Source: Macrostomum hystrix (lineage: Eukaryota; Animalia; Platyhelminthes). From it: DNA of 64,000 nt. Under the pieces are notes generated by a model. It searched no databases, had not been told where the DNA came from, and was given only the letters and a program-made list of their open reading frames with translations. Positions 59,601-64,000 of the stretch are shown here, one piece after another. Positions within the stretch are counted from its first letter, which is position 1; the number at the start of each line of letters is the position of its first letter. The stretch covers positions 27,218,001-27,282,000 of the forward strand of contig CATNEN010000001.1 in NCBI GenBank assembly GCA_950097015.1. The letters run 5' to 3'. Position numbers and translations under genes: made by a program.

Positions 59601-61369
59601 CTTTCTCCCTTAATCTCCCTGAGTCTCAGTCACTCTGCAGTGGTCTAACCTTTCAACCAATTCAGAATTTGTCCTTAGTCTGTTTTCCAACGAGCGCATG
59701 TTGACATAGCAGCTAAGGGTAATGCTCACTCTCTCTCAGGTACTCAAAAACATGCACTTAAAAAACCCGGCCGTGTTTATTTGCATTGGCAAAGCTTAAA
59801 ATACAGCCAAACTGCTAGAGAGAAAAAATATTATAGGAGATTGCACCCCACGCCACCCACAGCTACTCAAACTCAAACTTGTCACTGCGGCGCCTATAGT
59901 CTGCAATATTCTGCAGATATTCTGCAGCATTACTTCAAAGTACAGGGTTAGCTATGAGAGTAAATGCCATAGGAAATATTCACACCCATTAGATCTGTTA
60001 AGGTCAGCTTTTATCACCAGAAATCTCTAATAAATAAATTTATTGGTGAAAGTTCAATCGAGTTATTCAAATGTCGCTGATCAAATTGTCTTATCAGGTA
60101 AAATCTGGTTCTTAGGGTAGTTTGCTGAATCAGGCCACAAAGATAATAAAGATGGCCGTTTTAGCCTAAGAGGACAGAAATAATAAAAAAGTACATTACG
60201 ATAAGACCATCGCGCGAATTTGTAAGTTTTTATGAACATCACCTATTCCTCTACTCATAGTAGAGCAGTGAGAACTTTTCACTTTTCTATATAATCTATT
60301 TTTATTTTGATAGCGTATCTTCTAATTTGAAATTTACTCTAAACTTTACAGTTAAGAAAAACGTAGGAAGTTTTTATGTAATAGAATACTATTGATTTTG
60401 AAATTATTGGTCCTCATGCGTAGTTTTAGAACTACTACTCACTAGTTAGTAGTTTGTAAGCAAATTTAACATATTTCTCTGTTCTGGTAGTACAAAAAAT
60501 GAAAAATAAAACTAGCAAAGTTTATAGAGACCCGCTCCCAATGTGAACTGCAGAATAGGAGAGAAAATTTGAGAGCCACAGAAGTCTGACAGGAGGAGCA
60601 GAAGGGAGGATCAGGTTAGACTAGTGATCTCGTCAAATTTTCGCCCCACTAGTCAGTTCCAGTCAGTTCCGTCCATCAAATAATCCCCCGCAGCTGGGAT
60701 CGATGAGTTCAGCTCGGTGCATCTGTCAGCCTGTCTCAGCCTCTAAGCCTTCCCTTGAATCTCTAGGACTCACTCTGCAGTTTCATTGTGATCTTATCTA
60801 GATTCCCATGCCCCATCAGCCAGATCCCCACTTTCCCCATTGAGTAGGGACTCAAGATCCGTATTGTGACGCCGGGTTGCCTAGGATATTTTTATCGACG
60901 CGCAAACGATAAAACTGGGATTAGATTTTAAGACTATAAGCCGTGTGGATTAGCTGAAATGGATGAAACATTTTACAATCTGAGTGGATGAATGAAGCAT
61001 CTGATGCAACAAATAAAACTAGAAATTTGCCAACTGAGTAGTATAACAATTGCTTCTCCCAGCGGTGTCAATAAATCAAAACTGAATCACAAAATTGGAA
61101 TCCAGTTTAATGCATGCGCAATGTAGTTTGGCATCGGCCGCATGGTTGCATGGAGACTAGGAGGCCCACATTCAAGCACAAAATCTGTGACAAAAATTAT
61201 CTGGGACAGGTGAATGAATGCCTTGCTGCTCCGTGCAGCAATTTGACCTGGATTCTCTGAAACTCGTCTGCTTCAACACAATGAACTGCGCAGTTCGGGA
61301 TCCTACCTGAGCAGATGACCCGAGCCTGCTGAAGCCGGCCGGTTTCGTAAATAACTCGGACCATTCGAT

Positions 61370-62670
61370 GTCAATGATGACAGACTCGCTGGAGGTTCAG
61401 GGTTCGCTGGTCCTCGTGCTGTCCTCTGCGATGATGACTGATCCGCTGGAGTTTCAGGGGAAACTGGTCATCGTGCTGTCCTCCACGATGATGACGCTCG
61501 AGTTTCAGGCGGAGCTGGTCATCGTGCTGTCCTCCGCGATGATGACGCTGAAGGTTCAGGGGTAGCTGGTCATCGTGCTGTCCTCCGCGATGATGACTGA
61601 TCCGCTGGAGTTTCAGGGGAAACTGGTCATCGTGCTGTCCTCCACGATGATGACGCTCGAGTTTCAGGCGGAGCTGGTCATCGTGCTGTCCTCCGCGATG
61701 ATGACGCTGAAGGTTCAGGGGGAGTTGGTCATCGTGCTGTCCTCCGCGATGATGACGCTGAAGGTTCAGGCGGAGCTGGTCATCGTGCTGTCCTCCGCGA
61801 TGATGACGCTGGAGTTTCAGGCGGAGCTGGTCCTCGTGCTGTCCTCCGCGATGATGACGCTGAAGGTTCAGGCGGAGCTGGTCATCGTGCTGTCCTCCGC
61901 GATGATGACGCTGGAGTTTCAGGCGGAGCTGGTCCTCGTGCTGTCCTCTGCGATAATGATGCTGGAGGTTCTATACGAGCTGTGCTGTCCTGTCATCGTG
62001 CTGTCCTCCGCGATGATGACTGATCCGCTGGAGTTTCAGGGATTGCTTGTCATCGTGCTGTCCTCCACGATGATGACGCTCGAGTTTCAGGCGGAGCTGG
62101 TCATCGTGCTGTCCTCCGCGATGATGACGCTGAAGGTTCAGGGGTAGCTGGTCATCGTGCTGTCCTCCGCGATGATGACGCTGGAGTTTCAGGCGGAGCT
62201 GGTCCTCGTGCTGTCCTCTGCGATAATGATGCTGGAGTTTCAGGCGGAGCTGGTCCTCGTGCTGTCCTCTGCGATAATGATGCTGGAGGTTCTATACGAG
62301 CTGTGCTGTCCTGTCATCGTGCTGTCCTCCGCGATGATGACTGATCCGCTGGAGTTTCAGGGATTGCTGGTCATCGTGCTGTCCTCCGCGATGATGACGC
62401 TGAAGGTTCAGGCGGAGCTGGTCATCGTGCTGTCCTCCGCGATGATGACGCTGAAGGTTCAGGCGGAGCTGGTCATCGTGCTGTCCTCCACGATGATGAC
62501 GCTCGAGTTTCAGGCGGAGCTGGTCATCGTGCTGTCCTCCGCGATGATGACGCTGAAGGTTCAGGCGGAGCTGGTCATCGTGCTGTCCTCCGCGATGATG
62601 ACGCTGGAGTTTCAGGCGGAGCTGGTCATCGTGCTGTCCTCCGCGATGATGACGGATCCGCTGGAGGGTT
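61370..62670. repeat. GC-rich 51-bp (51/57/60) tandem repeat, ~24 units, carrying minus-strand ATG..TGA mini-ORFs
   Basis: Unit ctggtcatcgtgctgtcctccgcgatgatgacgctggagtttcaggcggag. The minus strand reads acgATG ACC AGC TCC GCC TGA. Confidence 0.9.
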
Positions 62671-62699
62671 GGGCGGAGCAGCGAAGTTTTCCACGAGTT

Positions 62700-62731
62700 G
62701 GCCGACTGACTTCAGTCCAGCTATTTATATA
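62700..62731 (-). promoter_or_regulatory. Putative TATA box plus initiator-like element
   Basis: Minus-strand TATATAAATA (62731-62722) followed by TCAGTC (62709-62704), immediately 5' of the 51-bp array. Confidence 0.4.
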
Positions 62732-63289
62732 GGTGGCGAGCCTGAGAGTCAGGCAGCTCTCGGACTCCAGCGCCTCATATGAATTTGAAATGAGTCGGTC
62801 CTCTTGAATATTCACCAATATTCCCTTGGCCAGTCATGAATATGGAATAGGCATTAGAATAATAATGAGCAAGCCTGAGTTGGTGTCTTCCAAAAGTTCC
62901 CACCATGCCGTGACATCTCCCCTGCTGCCTGGGAAGGCTAGAGCAGCAACGGCTGAGTACTATGCTCAAATTGATTGCGAGCAGCTCCTGTGGTGTTTGA
63001 GCAGCCTGTTGCTGTTGACTCAAGGCGCGGGCGAGCATGAGAAGATGCTCGGAGGCGGGAGGAGAATTCCAGTTGCGGTCCGGAATCGATTTTTCGGGAT
63101 TTGGCAGAGAAGGATTTGGCCTAACTCGTTGACAGAATAGGGGACAATTAAATATTGGCTGCGAAGTGGCTGCAAACTCAGGGGGTGGGTCCCGTTGCGA
63201 GCTGTTAGAAAACCAACTTGACTTGCATGGCACTGAAACAAGGAGAAGCACAGACTGCCAAATCCCCAAAACACAAGATTCCCTAAAAT

Positions 63290-64000
63290 ACAAGATCCCT
63301 AAACTACCAGATCCCAAAACTCTCAGATCCGTAAACTAATAGATACCTAAACTACAAGATCCTTATATTACCAGATCCCCAAACTACCCGATCCCGAAAC
63401 TACCAGATCCCTGTATTACCAGATCCCTGTATTACCAGATCCCTAAACTACCAGATCCCTAAACTACCAGATCCCTAAACTACCAGATCCCTAAACTACC
63501 AGATCCCTAAACTACCAGATCCCTAAACTACCAGATCCCTAAACTACCAGATCCCTAAACTACCAGATCCCTAAACTACCAGATCCCGAAACTACAAGAT
63601 CCGCAAACTACCAGATCCCCAAACTACCAGATCCCTAAACTACCAGATCCCTAAACTACCAGATCCCTAAACTACCAGATCCCAAAACTCTCAGATCCCT
63701 AAAGTACCAGATCCCTGTATTACCAGATCCCTGTATTACCAGATCCCTAAACTACCAGATCCCTGTATTACCAGATCCCTGTATTACCAGATCCCTAAAC
63801 TACCAGATCCCTGTATTACCAGATCCCTGTATTACCAGATCCCTAAACTACCAGATCCCTGTATTACCAGATCCCTAAACTACCAGATCCCTAAACTACC
63901 AGATCCCTAAACTACCAGATCCCTAAACTACCAGATCCCTAAACTACCAGATCCCTAAACTACCAGATCCCTAAACTACCAGATCCCTAAACTACCAGAT
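63290..64000. repeat. 16-bp minisatellite (ctaaactaccagatcc)n, runs off the window end
   Basis: Direct inspection. Confidence 0.95.

Noticed and set aside
58920-59704. RD/RE-rich SR-like protein ORF
   Set aside because: Translation of the (TCTCTG)n microsatellite.
61368-62732. Plus-strand hydrophobic repeat protein (LVIVLSSAMMTLEFQAE)n, C/D snoRNA cluster, or selenoprotein read-through of the minus-strand TGAs
   Set aside because: The plus frame is broken by two TAG stops and lacks gene signals. ATGATGA/CTGA spacing is too short or inconsistent for C/D snoRNAs. No SECIS or protein-like sequence supports UGA recoding.

Overview
Eukaryotic (metazoan) genomic DNA with spliced genes, poly-Q/CAG-rich exons and a distinct minisatellite in most of the long introns. 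The style resembles a macrostomid flatworm, but that is inference only. In order: a Crypton-type tyrosine recombinase ORF cut by the window start, a 405-bp MITE, Axin (+, 4 coding exons, ~760 aa), a Tob-type BTG/Tob gene (-, 285 aa), an aromatic L-amino-acid (DOPA) decarboxylase (+, 10 coding exons, ~475 aa, one GC-AG intron), a Not-class homeobox gene (-, 234 aa), and a 301-codon ORF (-) with only the Mig6-homology segment and UBA-like tail of ACK/TNK2 behind an N-myristoylation-type start. No kinase exons are visible. Upstream of that ORF is a TATA-preceded, splice-donor-terminated 51-bp repeat array holding 19 small ATG-initiated ORFs. Other highlights: TCF/LEF plus GCCGCC helper composite sites around Axin, and a nested SINE > Harbinger-like Myb/SANT gene > truncated LINE (12-bp TSD) in a DDC intron. 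Most long ORFs in the track are minisatellite artefacts. All gene models were spliced by eye, and family assignments rest on remembered motifs, not database searches.
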